Shown here piece after piece: positions 17,496-28,027 of a stretch of DNA of 64,000 nucleotides. The stretch is from Deltaproteobacteria bacterium. Lineage in GTDB: Bacteria; Desulfobacterota; Binatia; HRBIN30; JACQVA1. A model generated the notes under the pieces. The model worked only from the letters and a program-made list of their open reading frames with translations, searched no databases and was not told the origin of the DNA. The number at the start of each line of letters is the position of its first letter. Position 1 is the first letter of the stretch. Position numbers and translations under genes: made by a program. Where the stretch lies: contig JACOST010000028.1 of assembly GCA_016178705.1 (NCBI GenBank), forward strand, positions 516,951 through 580,950, written 5' to 3'.

Positions 17496-18884
17496 ATGGC
17501 AGAACTGAAACTTCCTTCCGGTGGCGACCGTATCCGCGTGCGTGACGGCAAGCTGCAGGTTCCCGACAATCCGATCCTCCCATTCATCGAGGGCGACGGT
17601 ACCGGCCCCGACATTTGGCGCGCGAGCCAAGCGGTCTTCGACGCCGCGGTGCAGAAGGCCTCCGGCGGCAAGCGCCGCATCGTGTGGATGGAGGTGCTCG
17701 CCGGCGAGAAGGCGTTCAATCGCACCGGTAACTGGCTGCCCGACGAGACCGTCGCCGCATTTCAAGAACTCATCGTCGGCATCAAGGGTCCGCTGACGAC
17801 ACCGATCGGCGGCGGTATCCGCTCACTCAACGTCGCCTTGCGGCAACTGCTCGATCTGTATGTCTGCTTGCGGCCGGTGCGCTACTTCACCGGCGTGCCG
17901 AGTCCGGTGAAGCGTCCCGAAGCCGTCGACATGGTGATCTTCCGCGAGAACACGGAAGACATCTACGCCGGCATCGAGTGGCAGTCGGAGTCGTCTGATG
18001 CGCGCAAGATCGTCGCATTCCTGCAGAAGGAAATGGGGGTCAAGAAGATCCGCTTCCCCGAGACCAGCGCGATCGGGATCAAGCCGGTGTCGCGCGAGGG
18101 CTCGGAGCGCCTGGTGCGCGCCGCGATCGACTACGCCCTGCGCCATCAGCGCCGCAGCATTACGTTGGTGCACAAGGGCAACATCATGAAGTTCACCGAG
18201 GGTGCGTTCCGCGATTGGGGCTACGCGCTGGCGACGCGCGAGTTCCGCGCGCAAGTGATCACGGAACGCGAGAGCTGGATTCTTGGTAACCGCGAGGCCA
18301 AGGCCGATATTTCGGCCGAAGACAACGCGCGCGCCATCGACCCGGGCTACGACCTGATGACGCCCGATCAGCAGAAGACCGTGCTCGCCGACGTCGAAGC
18401 GGCGCTCACGCTGTGGGGCACGCACGGCAACGGCCAGTGGAAGAAGAAGCTGATGATCCGCGATGCGATCGCCGACATCACGTTGCAGCAGGTGCTGACG
18501 CGGCCGCGCGAGTTCGACGTGATTGCGACGTTGAATCTCAACGGCGACTATCTCTCCGACGCGCTGGCCGCGCAGGTCGGTGGCATCGGCATCGCGCCCG
18601 GCGGCAACATCAACTACGTCAGCGGGCATGCGATCTTCGAAGCCACGCACGGCACCGCACCGAAGTACGCCAATCTCGATCAGGTCAACCCGGGCTCGGT
18701 GATTCTCTCCGGCGAGATGATGTTCCGCCACCTCGGCTGGGACGAGGTCGCGGATCTCATCATCAAGGGCGTGGAAGGCGCGATCACGGCCAAGACCGTC
18801 ACCTACGACTTCCATCGCTTGATGGAGGGGGCCACCAAAGTGAAGTGCTCGGAGTTCGGCCAGGCGATCATCAAACACATGTGA
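17496..18884 (+). CDS. icd: NADP-dependent isocitrate dehydrogenase
   Basis: [67 protein letters not shown]. Confidence 0.97.
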   Translation: MAELKLPSGGDRIRVRDGKLQVPDNPILPFIEGDGTGPDIWRASQAVFDAAVQKASGGKRRIVWMEVLAGEKAFNRTGNWLPDETVAAFQELIVGIKGPLTTPIGGGIRSLNVALRQLLDLYVCLRPVRYFTGVPSPVKRPEAVDMVIFRENTEDIYAGIEWQSESSDARKIVAFLQKEMGVKKIRFPETSAIGIKPVSREGSERLVRAAIDYALRHQRRSITLVHKGNIMKFTEGAFRDWGYALATREFRAQVITERESWILGNREAKADISAEDNARAIDPGYDLMTPDQQKTVLADVEAALTLWGTHGNGQWKKKLMIRDAIADITLQQVLTRPREFDVIATLNLNGDYLSDALAAQVGGIGIAPGGNINYVSGHAIFEATHGTAPKYANLDQVNPGSVILSGEMMFRHLGWDEVADLIIKGVEGAITAKTVTYDFHRLMEGATKVKCSEFGQAIIKHM

Positions 18885-18887
18885 GAT

Positions 18888-18990
18888 GACAGTAGGCAGT
18901 AGGCAGAGGGCAGTAGGCAGTGCGGAATGTGGAATGATTGACCCATCTGCCACCAGCGATCTGCCATCAGCCATCGGCCATCAACCAATC
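18888..18990. repeat. two heptamer tandem-repeat tracts (GGCAGTA-type, then GCCATCA-type)
   Basis: GACAGTA GGCAGTA GGCAGAG GGCAGTA GGCAGTG CGGAATG TGGAATG ... CCCATCT GCCACCA GCGATCT GCCATCA GCCATCG GCCATCA ACCAATC. Confidence 0.85.
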
Positions 18991-18992
18991 CG

Positions 18993-19925
18993 ATGGCCCT
19001 GCTGAGCATTCTGGCGGCGAAGGCGCAGCGCGGCGAGCAGATCTTCACCGCAGAGATCAGTCCGCCGCGCTTGTACCTCGAAATCGATCGCATCGTCGGC
19101 ATTGCGCGGCGCTTGCGTGCGCTCGGGCTCGACGCCATCGCTGTTACCAATTCGACCGGCGGCGGCTACAAGTTCAGTCCGTGGGCGATCGTCGAAGACA
19201 TTCAGCGGGCGATGGGGCACGTGCCGCTGATCATTCATCTGACGGCGCGCGACGAAGGCTCGGCGCGCAGCGTCTACTACCACTTGCACGAGATGTCGCT
19301 GAAGGGCGTGCGCGACGTGCTGATCATCCGCGGCGACCCGTCGCCCGGTAACTCGAAAGTGCTCGACTCGTACCGCTTCAACACCACCGATCTGGTCCAG
19401 ATGGTGGCCGGCTATCGCGCCGGCACGTTGATCGACGGTTCGCAGAGCGAACCTTTGCCGACGCTCGACGTCTTCGTCGCCGCGCATCCCGAGTTCCCCG
19501 AGCGCGCGCTCGATAAGCACTTCCGCTTCCTGCGTGGGAAGATCGATGCGGGCGCGAACGGGTTGATTGCCAACATCGTCACCGACGTTGACGGGTTTGT
19601 CCGCTATCGCGACCGCGCGGTCGCTGCGGGAATCACGTGCCCGATCGTGCCGTCGCTCTTGCCGCTGAACAGCGCGCGTCGCTGCGACTTCTTGAGCGCG
19701 CAACTGCACATCCCGGTTCCGCCTGCGGCGGTCGAGCAGCTCCGCAGTGCCGATCGCGATCGCGCGCATCAGTTTGGACTCGACGATCTTGTCACCAAGC
19801 TCCGTCGTCTGGTTGCCGAAGGGGCTCCCGGAGCGAACTTCAACATCGTCGTCCCCAGCGATGCCGAGGTGATCGTTGAAGCGCTCAACGCGTTTCGCGG
19901 TGGCGGTTACCGGCGATCACGCTGA
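18993..19925 (+). CDS. metF: methylenetetrahydrofolate reductase family protein (divergent)
   Basis: AEISPP, HLTARD, IIRGDP, AAHPE, KIDAGA. Confidence 0.75.
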   Translation: MALLSILAAKAQRGEQIFTAEISPPRLYLEIDRIVGIARRLRALGLDAIAVTNSTGGGYKFSPWAIVEDIQRAMGHVPLIIHLTARDEGSARSVYYHLHEMSLKGVRDVLIIRGDPSPGNSKVLDSYRFNTTDLVQMVAGYRAGTLIDGSQSEPLPTLDVFVAAHPEFPERALDKHFRFLRGKIDAGANGLIANIVTDVDGFVRYRDRAVAAGITCPIVPSLLPLNSARRCDFLSAQLHIPVPPAAVEQLRSADRDRAHQFGLDDLVTKLRRLVAEGAPGANFNIVVPSDAEVIVEALNAFRGGGYRRSR

Positions 19926-21899
19926 TTCATTGCCCGACGCATGTGCCCGATGGGCACGGCGTGGCAACCACACGGAGAAGGACGATCCCTTGCCGACTTC
20001 GCTGTCGACCGTGATGGTGCCGCTGAGCATCTCGACCAGGCGCCGCACGATGTAAAGGCCCAGGCCGGCGCCGCCGCTGCGTCGCGTCGGCGAGTGGTCG
20101 ACTTGCCGGAAGGGCTCGAAGATGAGCTCGAGTGCTTCGGACGGAATGCCGATGCCGGTGTCGCTGACGCGGAACTCGACGCCGCCGTCGCGTGTGTGTG
20201 CGCACACCGTGATCTGGCCCTCGTCGGTAAACTTGATGGCGTTGCCGATCAGGTTCTTCAGCACCATGCGCAGTTTGACCGGATCGGTCGACAGGGTGAT
20301 GGGCTCGCTGCTGACCTCCCACTGCACCGCAAGCTGCTTCTTGCGCGACACCGCTTGCATCTCGGCACCGACCTCATCGAGCAGCGTGTCGATCGCCACG
20401 ACTTCCTGGTTCAAGGGCACCTGCCGGCTCTCGAATCGGCTGAGATCGAGCGTTGCGTTGACGAGATCGAGCAACTCCAGAGCGTTCTTGTTGGCGCGAC
20501 GCAAGATGTCGGCTTGTTCATCTGAGACCGCGCCAAACGTGCCGTCGAGCAGCAACTCATTGTAGCCCATGATCACGGTCAGAGGATTGCGCAACTCGTG
20601 CGACATGGTGGCGACGAAGTCCGAGCGGAAACTGTCGGCGCGCTCCAGCTCTTCCACCAGCCGCGCGTTTTCCAGCGCGAACGAGCCGAGCTGCGCGATG
20701 CCGCGTGCGATGCGCAGCTGCTGCGGTGTGAACGACTCGTCGCGACTGAGGTACGAGGCGCTCAGCACGCCGATGAGTTCGCCAGCGCGTCGCAGCGCGA
20801 CAAACATGATGGCGTTCGTCCCTCCGGGACGGAACATCGCCAGCGCGCGCCGGCCGCGAGCGTCGGCGCGCCGAACCTGCACGAGTTCTTCGCGCTCGAG
20901 CTGCTCGTGCAGCGGCCGAATGAGGGCCAGTGGAAACTTCATCACCCGCATCGCTTCCCATTGCTCGGGCGTATGCCCGTGGCCGGACATGGGAACGTAG
21001 GCCTCTTCGCCGGGCTGCCACAGGTAGATGTGACTCGCATCGCAGGGCAGCACCTCGGTGGTGAGTCGACACAGCCGCTCCAGTACCACTGGGGTGGCCA
21101 GCGATGTAATCATTTCGCTGCCGACCCGAGCCAGTGCGGCGGTGACGTCGACATCTTCGCGCAGTTGTTCGCGCTGGACCTGTAGCGCGGCTTCGATTCG
21201 CTTCTGTTCGGTGAGATCACGCGCGATGCCTTGGACGCCGACGGGCACGCCAGCGCGAAAGATCACGCGGCTGTTGACTTCGAGCGGCACGCGCCGCCCG
21301 TCTTTGGCGACAATCTCCAACTCGTAGGTCGCCGTCGTCGTCTCGGCCCCAGCGCGCAGCACCCAGGGCAGAACCGCGTCGAGATACTCGGGCGGCACGA
21401 TCTGCGCGATGTTCATCTGCAGCGCTTCCTCGCGACTGTAGCCGCTGATGCGCTCCGCAGCATTGTTGACGGCGGTGAAGTTCCCGGCGAAATCGTGGGT
21501 GTAGTTGAGGTCCTTCGCGTTATCGAACAGCTCGCGATAGCGCTCTTCGCTTTCGCGCAAGGCTTCTTCGGTGCGTTTGGCTTCGGTGATGTCGCGCGCG
21601 ACGGCGTACGAGGTGCCGTCGACCATGCGCGACCCGCTCCACGACAGCCACCGATAGGAGCCGTCCTTGTGGCGATAGCGATTGACGAAGTGGACGGGTT
21701 GAGTGTCTGCTTGGCGAAGGGCGCGGGTAGCCGCTACGTCGTCGGGGTGGACGAACTCGATCCACGGCCGCGCCCGCAGTTCATCCAGGGTCCAGCCCAG
21801 GCATCGAGTCCACGCAGGGCTCAGCTCGTGGAAGCGGTCGTCAGGCTCGGTGGTGGCGAGCAGTTCCGGCGAGAGCGCAAAGAAGCGGTCGCGATCCAT
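19917..21899 (-). CDS. cytoplasmic PAS-PAS-GAF sensor histidine kinase
   Basis: Two PAS domains (FVHPDD, NRYRHKDGSYRW; KDGRRVPLEV), GAF, H-box SHELRNPL, NAIKFT, DTGIGI, GAGLGL. Confidence 0.93.
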   Translation of the reverse strand: MDRDRFFALSPELLATTEPDDRFHELSPAWTRCLGWTLDELRARPWIEFVHPDDVAATRALRQADTQPVHFVNRYRHKDGSYRWLSWSGSRMVDGTSYAVARDITEAKRTEEALRESEERYRELFDNAKDLNYTHDFAGNFTAVNNAAERISGYSREEALQMNIAQIVPPEYLDAVLPWVLRAGAETTTATYELEIVAKDGRRVPLEVNSRVIFRAGVPVGVQGIARDLTEQKRIEAALQVQREQLREDVDVTAALARVGSEMITSLATPVVLERLCRLTTEVLPCDASHIYLWQPGEEAYVPMSGHGHTPEQWEAMRVMKFPLALIRPLHEQLEREELVQVRRADARGRRALAMFRPGGTNAIMFVALRRAGELIGVLSASYLSRDESFTPQQLRIARGIAQLGSFALENARLVEELERADSFRSDFVATMSHELRNPLTVIMGYNELLLDGTFGAVSDEQADILRRANKNALELLDLVNATLDLSRFESRQVPLNQEVVAIDTLLDEVGAEMQAVSRKKQLAVQWEVSSEPITLSTDPVKLRMVLKNLIGNAIKFTDEGQITVCAHTRDGGVEFRVSDTGIGIPSEALELIFEPFRQVDHSPTRRSGGAGLGLYIVRRLVEMLSGTITVDSEVGKGSSFSVWLPRRAHRAHASGNESA

Positions 21900-21966
21900 G
21901 CGGCGTGCCTACGGACTTCTTGTAACACACGCGTGCCGCCTTCGAGAGGGGCCGCGTCGAAAGGGC

Positions 21967-22359
21967 CTAGGCTCCCCGCATCAGGTGGAGGAGGGCGCCA
22001 ATGAGGCCACCCAGCAACAACAGCGCGTTGGCGATGGCGGTCAGCAGGGCGCCGGTGGAACGCTGCTTGGGATCAGCGACGTAGCCACGGGCATAGATGG
22101 CACGCGCGGCGATGAACACCAGCCCGAGCGCCGCACCGATTCCGGCGCTCACATACGTTGCGAACATCCACAACGCCGGGACAAATATCACGAGCTGTTC
22201 GAGCGTGTTCTGGTGCACACGGAAGTGGCGTTCGAAGATCGGGTGGCCGATGGTGGCCGGCGCCTCGACGCCATAGCGTCCACGCGCTTGTCCAACCTGC
22301 ACGCCGAGGACGAAGTACTCGATCAATGCCAACGCAGCTACGATCGCGACTGCTTCCAT
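21967..22359 (-). CDS. MAPEG family membrane protein
   Basis: VGQARGRYGVEAPA..G...FER.FRVHQNTLE. Confidence 0.9.
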   Translation of the reverse strand: MEAVAIVAALALIEYFVLGVQVGQARGRYGVEAPATIGHPIFERHFRVHQNTLEQLVIFVPALWMFATYVSAGIGAALGLVFIAARAIYARGYVADPKQRSTGALLTAIANALLLLGGLIGALLHLMRGA

Positions 22360-22415
22360 ATCAACCCCCTCCGGTTCTGGGCGCCTTTACTCGGCGCGCG
22401 TCGTCACGTGTCACT

Positions 22416-24338
22416 TCACCGCAGCAGGCGCGCCAGTGCCATTTGGTGCTGGCCCTCCCAGCGTTCTAGGCGGGCGCGGTAGCGGGCGCGCAGAGCGGGT
22501 GCGCCGGCGGCGATGTCGTTCTGTTCGCTCGGATCGCCGTGTCGATCGTACAGTTGCTCGGCATCGACGTGCGGCGTGTAGACGTAGCTGTAGTGGGCGT
22601 CGCGCAAGCCAAACCGCGCCACGCCGTTCTCGGTAAAATTCATCACCGTACGATTCGGATCCTCGCGCAGCAGCGACATGCCGTCCCCGGGTTCGGCGTC
22701 GGTCATCCCGAGAATGTCGAGGATTGTCGGTTTGAGATCGACCTGCGAACCCAACTGCGCGATCCGTGGCGGCAACCCGAGTCGGCGGGGGTGCAGAATG
22801 AAGCACGGGATGTGGACGTTCTCTTCGTAAATCGCTCCGGCATGGCCGAAGGTGTTGGGATGTTCGCCGAAGGCCTCGCCGTGATCGCCGAGGACGAGCA
22901 GGAGCGTGTTCTCGGCCACCCCCGTCTCCTTCATCCACTCATACAACTCGGCCAGCAGGCGCAGGTTGTAGTCCACCAAGCGATCGTACGCCTGGTGATC
23001 ATCGCCCGCGGCTGACTCGCCAGGAATCATGTCGATCGAGTAGGGGTGGTGCGGGTTGCTGGTGGCGGCGATGATGAAGAACGGTCGCTGATCGCGCGCG
23101 CTGAGCGTTCGCTTGAGTTGATCGAGCAGCAAGCGATCGTCGTAGCCCCACGGCAGCAACGCGTAGTGCTCCTTGTCCGGCCAGTCGTTGGAGTCGAGCA
23201 CCTCGTCGAAGCCGCGCGCGGCAAAGCTGCGCACGTCGTCGTAGTTGAGGTCGGCGGTGACGAACAAGTGCGTCGCGTAGCCGGCGCGACCGAAGATCTG
23301 CGCCATCGAGTCGGCCACCACCGCTTTGCCCGCACTGGTCCAGAAGGCCCCGATGTAGGGATAGACGCCGTAGAGGATGGAGAACATCGCGTGCGCGGAG
23401 GTGGGCACCGGCGCGTACACGTTGTCGAACACGACCGCCTCATCGCGGAAGCGCAGCAAGCCGCGGCCTGCGGGTGCGGCGAGGTTGTAGAGTGCAACGC
23501 TCGACGAGCGCGTCGATTCGAGCAGGAAGATGAGCACGTTGGTCGGCCGCTCGGTGGCGTGATAGCGCTGGTGGGCGGCGGTGACTTCGGGTGCGACGGC
23601 GAGATCGGAGCCCAGATTGCTGGCTTGCCAAACGTGTTCCTGCTGATTGCCGGCTACTAACCATAACAGCGGGTGCGGTGTCAGCATCGCATCATTTATG
23701 ATCGGCTTCGGTGCCGCAATGGCGAACGACGCGGTGACCAAGAGCCCGACCAACGTCGCGATGCCAAGTGGTCTGGCCCACGACCAGTCGAGCCGCCACA
23801 CGAACGGACCCAAGCCGTATCCTATCGCGGCCAGTTGCAGCCCGGTTGTGACCTCGGGGACTTCGAGCACATTCGCCGCCGTCACGATGTGGCGAGTCCA
23901 ACCGATCATCCGCACTTCGTCCGGCCCGAGTGGCGTCATGAAGAGCGCGAAGTGTGCGAGACCGAAGATTTCGACGATGGACAATCCCGGCAAGATGATC
24001 AGCCCGAGCGTCCAGGCGACGGTGCGCGATGCGACGCCGGGACGCGGCACGGTGCGGCGCCACAGCAGCACCATGATCACCAGTGCCGCAAACACCGAGA
24101 TCTCCTGCCCACAGAAAAGCAGCAGGTGCGAACAGTTGGCGAACAGGTGGCCACCGGCGAACCAGGCCGATCCGTACTCCGCCGTCAGTCGCATCTCACT
24201 GAACTTCACGTACAGACTGACCAGGAAGAATGTGACGAGCTGACCGAGGAGCCAAGTGAACGGGCGCGCCAACACCGCGCGATAGCGCTGCCAGCAACCG
24301 GCGACCCAAGCGGTCGCCGAGGATACGGCGGTGATCAT
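22416..24338 (-). CDS. membrane-anchored LTA synthase-like / sulfatase-superfamily protein
   Basis: N-terminal TM helices; LLES metal site, PVPTS (Thr nucleophile, no CxPxR), PHHPY, LGDHGE. Start uncertain. Confidence 0.8.
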   Translation of the reverse strand: MITAVSSATAWVAGCWQRYRAVLARPFTWLLGQLVTFFLVSLYVKFSEMRLTAEYGSAWFAGGHLFANCSHLLLFCGQEISVFAALVIMVLLWRRTVPRPGVASRTVAWTLGLIILPGLSIVEIFGLAHFALFMTPLGPDEVRMIGWTRHIVTAANVLEVPEVTTGLQLAAIGYGLGPFVWRLDWSWARPLGIATLVGLLVTASFAIAAPKPIINDAMLTPHPLLWLVAGNQQEHVWQASNLGSDLAVAPEVTAAHQRYHATERPTNVLIFLLESTRSSSVALYNLAAPAGRGLLRFRDEAVVFDNVYAPVPTSAHAMFSILYGVYPYIGAFWTSAGKAVVADSMAQIFGRAGYATHLFVTADLNYDDVRSFAARGFDEVLDSNDWPDKEHYALLPWGYDDRLLLDQLKRTLSARDQRPFFIIAATSNPHHPYSIDMIPGESAAGDDHQAYDRLVDYNLRLLAELYEWMKETGVAENTLLLVLGDHGEAFGEHPNTFGHAGAIYEENVHIPCFILHPRRLGLPPRIAQLGSQVDLKPTILDILGMTDAEPGDGMSLLREDPNRTVMNFTENGVARFGLRDAHYSYVYTPHVDAEQLYDRHGDPSEQNDIAAGAPALRARYRARLERWEGQHQMALARLLR

Positions 24339-24440
24339 GAAAGTGTGGGAGGGTACTGCGAACCGACCGAATTGGTCAAGCGCGACCACTCGGCCGCAAC
24401 GCGGACATCTCGCCAACGTGCCCGCGCACTCGCCGTATCT

Positions 24441-24740
24441 TCAATGCCGTACGCCGCGGACGTCGAAGTAGACCACCCGTTCGCGTTCACAGAGGTGACA
24501 TTCGAGGTGGACGACGCGCAGTTGGCCGCGGGAGCCTTCGCCGCGTATGGAGAAGCGGCCACCGCATTGACACTGTTCGCGCAGCAGGGCGGCGTCAATC
24601 TCGCCGTAGTCGGCGACCGCGATGGGGTTGTCCTCGTTGCGGCCCGGACGCCTCCCCTCGCGGCGCCATATGCGCGCCTTGCGCCAGCCCACAACCAGTA
24701 CGGCCAGCAACACCGCCAAGCCGAGCGCGCTACCGATCAC
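24441..24740 (-). CDS. membrane-anchored small protein with putative zinc ribbon
   Basis: N-terminal TM helix; CQCGG...LECHLC. Confidence 0.7.
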   Translation of the reverse strand: MIGSALGLAVLLAVLVVGWRKARIWRREGRRPGRNEDNPIAVADYGEIDAALLREQCQCGGRFSIRGEGSRGQLRVVHLECHLCERERVVYFDVRGVRH

Positions 24741-24788
24741 GTGCGCGCTCCTCCCGCGTGTTGAACTCGCGGCGCGGCGTGCACCGGA

Positions 24789-26039
24789 CTAGGGCAGGTC
24801 TTTGAGGCCCGCGCGAGGTGCGCCCACCAGTGCCACCATCTTCCCCTCGGGCGCCTTGTTTTCATGCATGAGCTGATGGGACAGGGGGATTTCATCGAAT
24901 TTGAACGTACGCGCCAAGCAGGGATCGATCTTGCCGTCGAGCACGAGCTGATTGAACGCGTAGGCCTGATCGTCATTGGCGAAGTGGGATCCTTGGAAGC
25001 GTTTCTGCCGCATCCAAAGATAGCGCAGATCAGCGACCGCGTTGTAACCGGTAGTGCCGGCGCAGATGACCACCATACCGCCGCTGTCGCAGACGAAGAT
25101 CGACGTCGGAACAGTGTCCTCACCCGGATGCTCGAAGACGATGCGCGGGCTGCGGCGTTCGCCCAGGACGTCCCAGATCGCCTTGCCGAACGCGCGGCAC
25201 CCCGCCGCCCACTTGGTGTACGCGTCGGTGTCCTTCCAGTGCGGCATCATGCCCCAGTGGCTGAACTGCTTGCGGTTGATGCAGCCCTTGGCGCCGAGCT
25301 TCATGCAGAAATCGAACTTGCGATCGTCACCGACGACGGCGACCGGAACGCCGCCTTGCGCCTTGACGATTTGAATCGCCATGCAGCCGAGGCCGCCGGA
25401 CGCGCCCCACACCAGTACGACGTCGTTCGGTCGTACCGTGTGCGGCGGCCACGCCATCAGCATGCGATAGGCGGTGGCGCCGACCAGCGAGGGCGCGGCG
25501 GCTTCTTCCCACGTGAGGTGCTTGGCCTTCGGCATGCACTGATGCGCCTGCACTTTGGTGAACTGCGCGAAGCTGCCCCAGTTGGTCTCGTAGCCCCAGA
25601 TTTTGAACGACGGATCGAACATCGGATCGTCGCCCGCCTTCACCGCCGCGCAGTCGCGCTCCCACACGCCGCAATGGATGACGACCTGATCGCCGACCTT
25701 CACGCGGGTCACGTCGCGTCCGACCGCGTAGACGATGCCCGAGGCGTCGCTGCCGCCGATGTGAAAATCGCTCGGATCGTAATTCGACTTCTGCCGCGCG
25801 GCGATGACGTTGACGGGTGAGCCGAGCGCGGCCCACACGTTGTTGAAGTTCACGCCCGCCGCCATCGTGTACACGAGCGCTTCGTCGGGCTTGAGATCGG
25901 GCACGGCGACCTTCTCCACCTGGAACGCTTTGGTCGGTTCGCCAAAACGATCGGCCCGGATGAGCTGGCCGTACATGTACTTGGGAACCTGACCTAGCGG
26001 TGGGACTTCGCCGATCTCGTAGAGGTCCTTCGCGCTCAT
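24789..26039 (-). CDS. ccr: crotonyl-CoA carboxylase/reductase
   Basis: [58 protein letters not shown] (CO2-binding Asn, Glu and His positions retained). Confidence 0.93.
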   Translation of the reverse strand: MSAKDLYEIGEVPPLGQVPKYMYGQLIRADRFGEPTKAFQVEKVAVPDLKPDEALVYTMAAGVNFNNVWAALGSPVNVIAARQKSNYDPSDFHIGGSDASGIVYAVGRDVTRVKVGDQVVIHCGVWERDCAAVKAGDDPMFDPSFKIWGYETNWGSFAQFTKVQAHQCMPKAKHLTWEEAAAPSLVGATAYRMLMAWPPHTVRPNDVVLVWGASGGLGCMAIQIVKAQGGVPVAVVGDDRKFDFCMKLGAKGCINRKQFSHWGMMPHWKDTDAYTKWAAGCRAFGKAIWDVLGERRSPRIVFEHPGEDTVPTSIFVCDSGGMVVICAGTTGYNAVADLRYLWMRQKRFQGSHFANDDQAYAFNQLVLDGKIDPCLARTFKFDEIPLSHQLMHENKAPEGKMVALVGAPRAGLKDLP

Positions 26040-26238
26040 GTTGAGAGTCCTTTCATCTTTGCGGGCCCGACCGCGCACGATCTACCGTGGCGCGTAGGTG
26101 AAGGCAACCGACCAGAAGTGAAGCGCGTTTGGTTGACTCGTGCAAGGTGCTTTGGTTGTGTCGGAGCATGCCGATCGCCGAGTGCGTGCGCAGCGGAGCG
26201 CGGGTGCATTGTCGTTGCGCGACTCGGACGGCGGCATC

Positions 26239-27264
26239 ATGAGAGCGGCGTTCTGTGTTGCCCCGGGGCAGTTCGAGCTGCGTGACGTTCCCGAACCGGC
26301 GCCCGCTCCGGGCGAGGTCTTGATCAAGATCCACAACTGCGGCATCTGCGGCAGCGATCTACACTGGTATCACGGCGGCGGCATTCCGATTCCGTCGGTA
26401 TGCCCCGGCCACGAAATCAGCGGCGAGGTGGCGGCGCTGGGTAACGGGGTGCGGGGCGTGCGCGCTGGCGACCGCGTCGCGATTGAACCGCTGCTGGTGT
26501 GTCACGAGTGTCGCTACTGTCGCAGCGGCGAGTACCAACTCTGCCGTCGGATGCGCATTCGCGGCATTAGTGCGGACGGCGGCTTTGCCGACTACGTGAG
26601 CATGCCGGAGTCCGCCGTCTTTCCGCTGCCGCAGTCGGTGGACTGGGAACTGGGTGCGATGGCTGAGCCGATGGCCGTGTGCGTGCATGCGCTGCGGCTC
26701 GCAGCGTTGCCGGTGGGCGCGCGGGTGTTGGTGCTGGGTGCGGGCACCATTGGTTTGCTGGCGATCGTGGCTGCACGCGCGGCCGGTGCGGCCGAGGTGT
26801 TGATCAGTGCGCGCTATCCGCACCAACACGCGGCGGCCGAACGGCTCGGGGCGCGAGTGTTTGACGCGAGCAGTGAGGGCGCGGCGCGATTGATCGACTA
26901 CGGCTATCACAATCCCGTCGATGCCGTGATTGAAACCGTCGGCGGTGTAGCGGACACGCTCAACGATGCCGTGCAACTCGTTCGGGCGGGCGGCGTCGTG
27001 GTCGTGCTCGGCGTGTTTACCGGTCCGGTGACGTGCAACGGTTTGTTGCTGGTGTCGAAGGAGGTTCGCATCGTCGGTTCGCTGACCTATAGCCGCGCCG
27101 GCGTGCGCGCCGAATTCGAGATCGCGTTGCAGCTCCTCGCCGAGCAGCGCACGAGCTTGCGACCGCTGGTTACGCACACCTTCTCGCTCGATCGCGTCGG
27201 CGAGGGCTTTGCCGCGGCGAGCGACAAAACGTCTGGCGCGATCAAGGTGACGGTCACATCCTGA
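26239..27264 (+). CDS. zinc-dependent alcohol dehydrogenase (MDR, threonine/sorbitol dehydrogenase-like)
   Basis: CGICGSDLH, GHE, CxxCxxC...C, GAGTIG. Confidence 0.92.
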   Translation: MRAAFCVAPGQFELRDVPEPAPAPGEVLIKIHNCGICGSDLHWYHGGGIPIPSVCPGHEISGEVAALGNGVRGVRAGDRVAIEPLLVCHECRYCRSGEYQLCRRMRIRGISADGGFADYVSMPESAVFPLPQSVDWELGAMAEPMAVCVHALRLAALPVGARVLVLGAGTIGLLAIVAARAAGAAEVLISARYPHQHAAAERLGARVFDASSEGAARLIDYGYHNPVDAVIETVGGVADTLNDAVQLVRAGGVVVVLGVFTGPVTCNGLLLVSKEVRIVGSLTYSRAGVRAEFEIALQLLAEQRTSLRPLVTHTFSLDRVGEGFAAASDKTSGAIKVTVTS

Positions 27265-27266
27265 TT

Positions 27267-27319
27267 GAGAGGGCGAAGCTTCGCTGATTCGCGTGGCTCG
27301 CCAGAAGGCTCGCCCTCCC
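27267..27319. repeat. degenerate REPIN copy 1 (GGAG-type)
   Basis: GAGAGGGCGAAGCTTCGCTGA...GGCTCGCCAGAAGGCTCGCCCTCCC. Confidence 0.75.
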
Positions 27320-27354
27320 TCGGATCGTGGGCAGTGCGGAGAGTGATGGGTTGC

Positions 27355-27422
27355 GGGAGGGCGAAGCTTCCGCTGAGCCGCAGGGCACGGGATGCGCGGC
27401 TCGCCGGAAGGCTCGCCCTCCC
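27355..27422. repeat. REPIN copy 2 (GGAG-type)
   Basis: GGGAGGGCGAAGCTTCCGCTGAGCCGC...GCGGCTCGCCGGAAGGCTCGCCCTCCC, inverted arms. Confidence 0.9.
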
Positions 27423-27449
27423 GGCCGTCTTGTGCGAAGGGGGATTCCG

Positions 27450-27908
27450 ATGGCGTTGCCAGAACGCAAACGCCCGACGACCGGGGTTGTCGTTTCGTCG
27501 GACGGACCGACGATCGTCTTCGTCACTGTTTGCACCAAGGATCGTCGTCGTTGGCTTGCCACGCCGCAGGTCCACGCCCTGTTGCGAACGCTATGGGCGG
27601 ACTCGCGCGCTTGGCGTGTTGGTCGGTACGTTCTCATGCCCGATCACCTTCATCTCTTCTGCGCCCCCGGGGTTTCCGACATCTCGCTGGCGCGTTGGGT
27701 GAAATACTGGAAGGCGCAAGTGACTCACCACCATCGTGTCGCGGACCATCAGTGGCAAGCCGGCTGCTGGGACACGCGCTTGCGAACCGGCGAGAGCTAC
27801 GAGCGCAAGTGGGACTACGTGCGCAACAACCCGGTGCGACAACAGTTGGTCGGAGGCGCGAAGGATTGGCCGTATCAAGGCGAGTTGGCTGTTCTCCCCT
27901 GGTATTAG
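27450..27908 (+). mobile_element. REP-associated tyrosine transposase (RAYT, IS200/IS605 TnpA-like)
   Basis: FVTVCT..R, HUH motif MPDHLHL, WQ.G.WD..LR, catalytic Tyr in YVRNNPVR; flanked by REPINs. Confidence 0.92.
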
Positions 27909-27924
27909 ACTCGGATGAGGTCTT

Positions 27925-27991
27925 GGGAGGGCGAAGCTCCCCTGAGCCGCAGGGCGGGGGATGCACGGCTCGCCGGAAGGCTCGCCCTCCC
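27925..27991. repeat. REPIN copy 3 (GGAG-type)
   Basis: GGGAGGGCGAAGCTCCCCTGAGCCGC...CGGCTCGCCGGAAGGCTCGCCCTCCC. Confidence 0.9.
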
Positions 27992-28027
27992 GTCGGACTG
28001 GTTGAACGTACCGAGCGTGATGATTCC

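Noticed and set aside
18885-18992. SAM riboswitch upstream of the metF-like gene
   Set aside because: The gap consists of heptamer repeats; no recognisable SAM-I/II core.
27327-27449. N-terminal extension of the RAYT ORF
   Set aside because: Runs through a REPIN; homology starts at ATG 27450.
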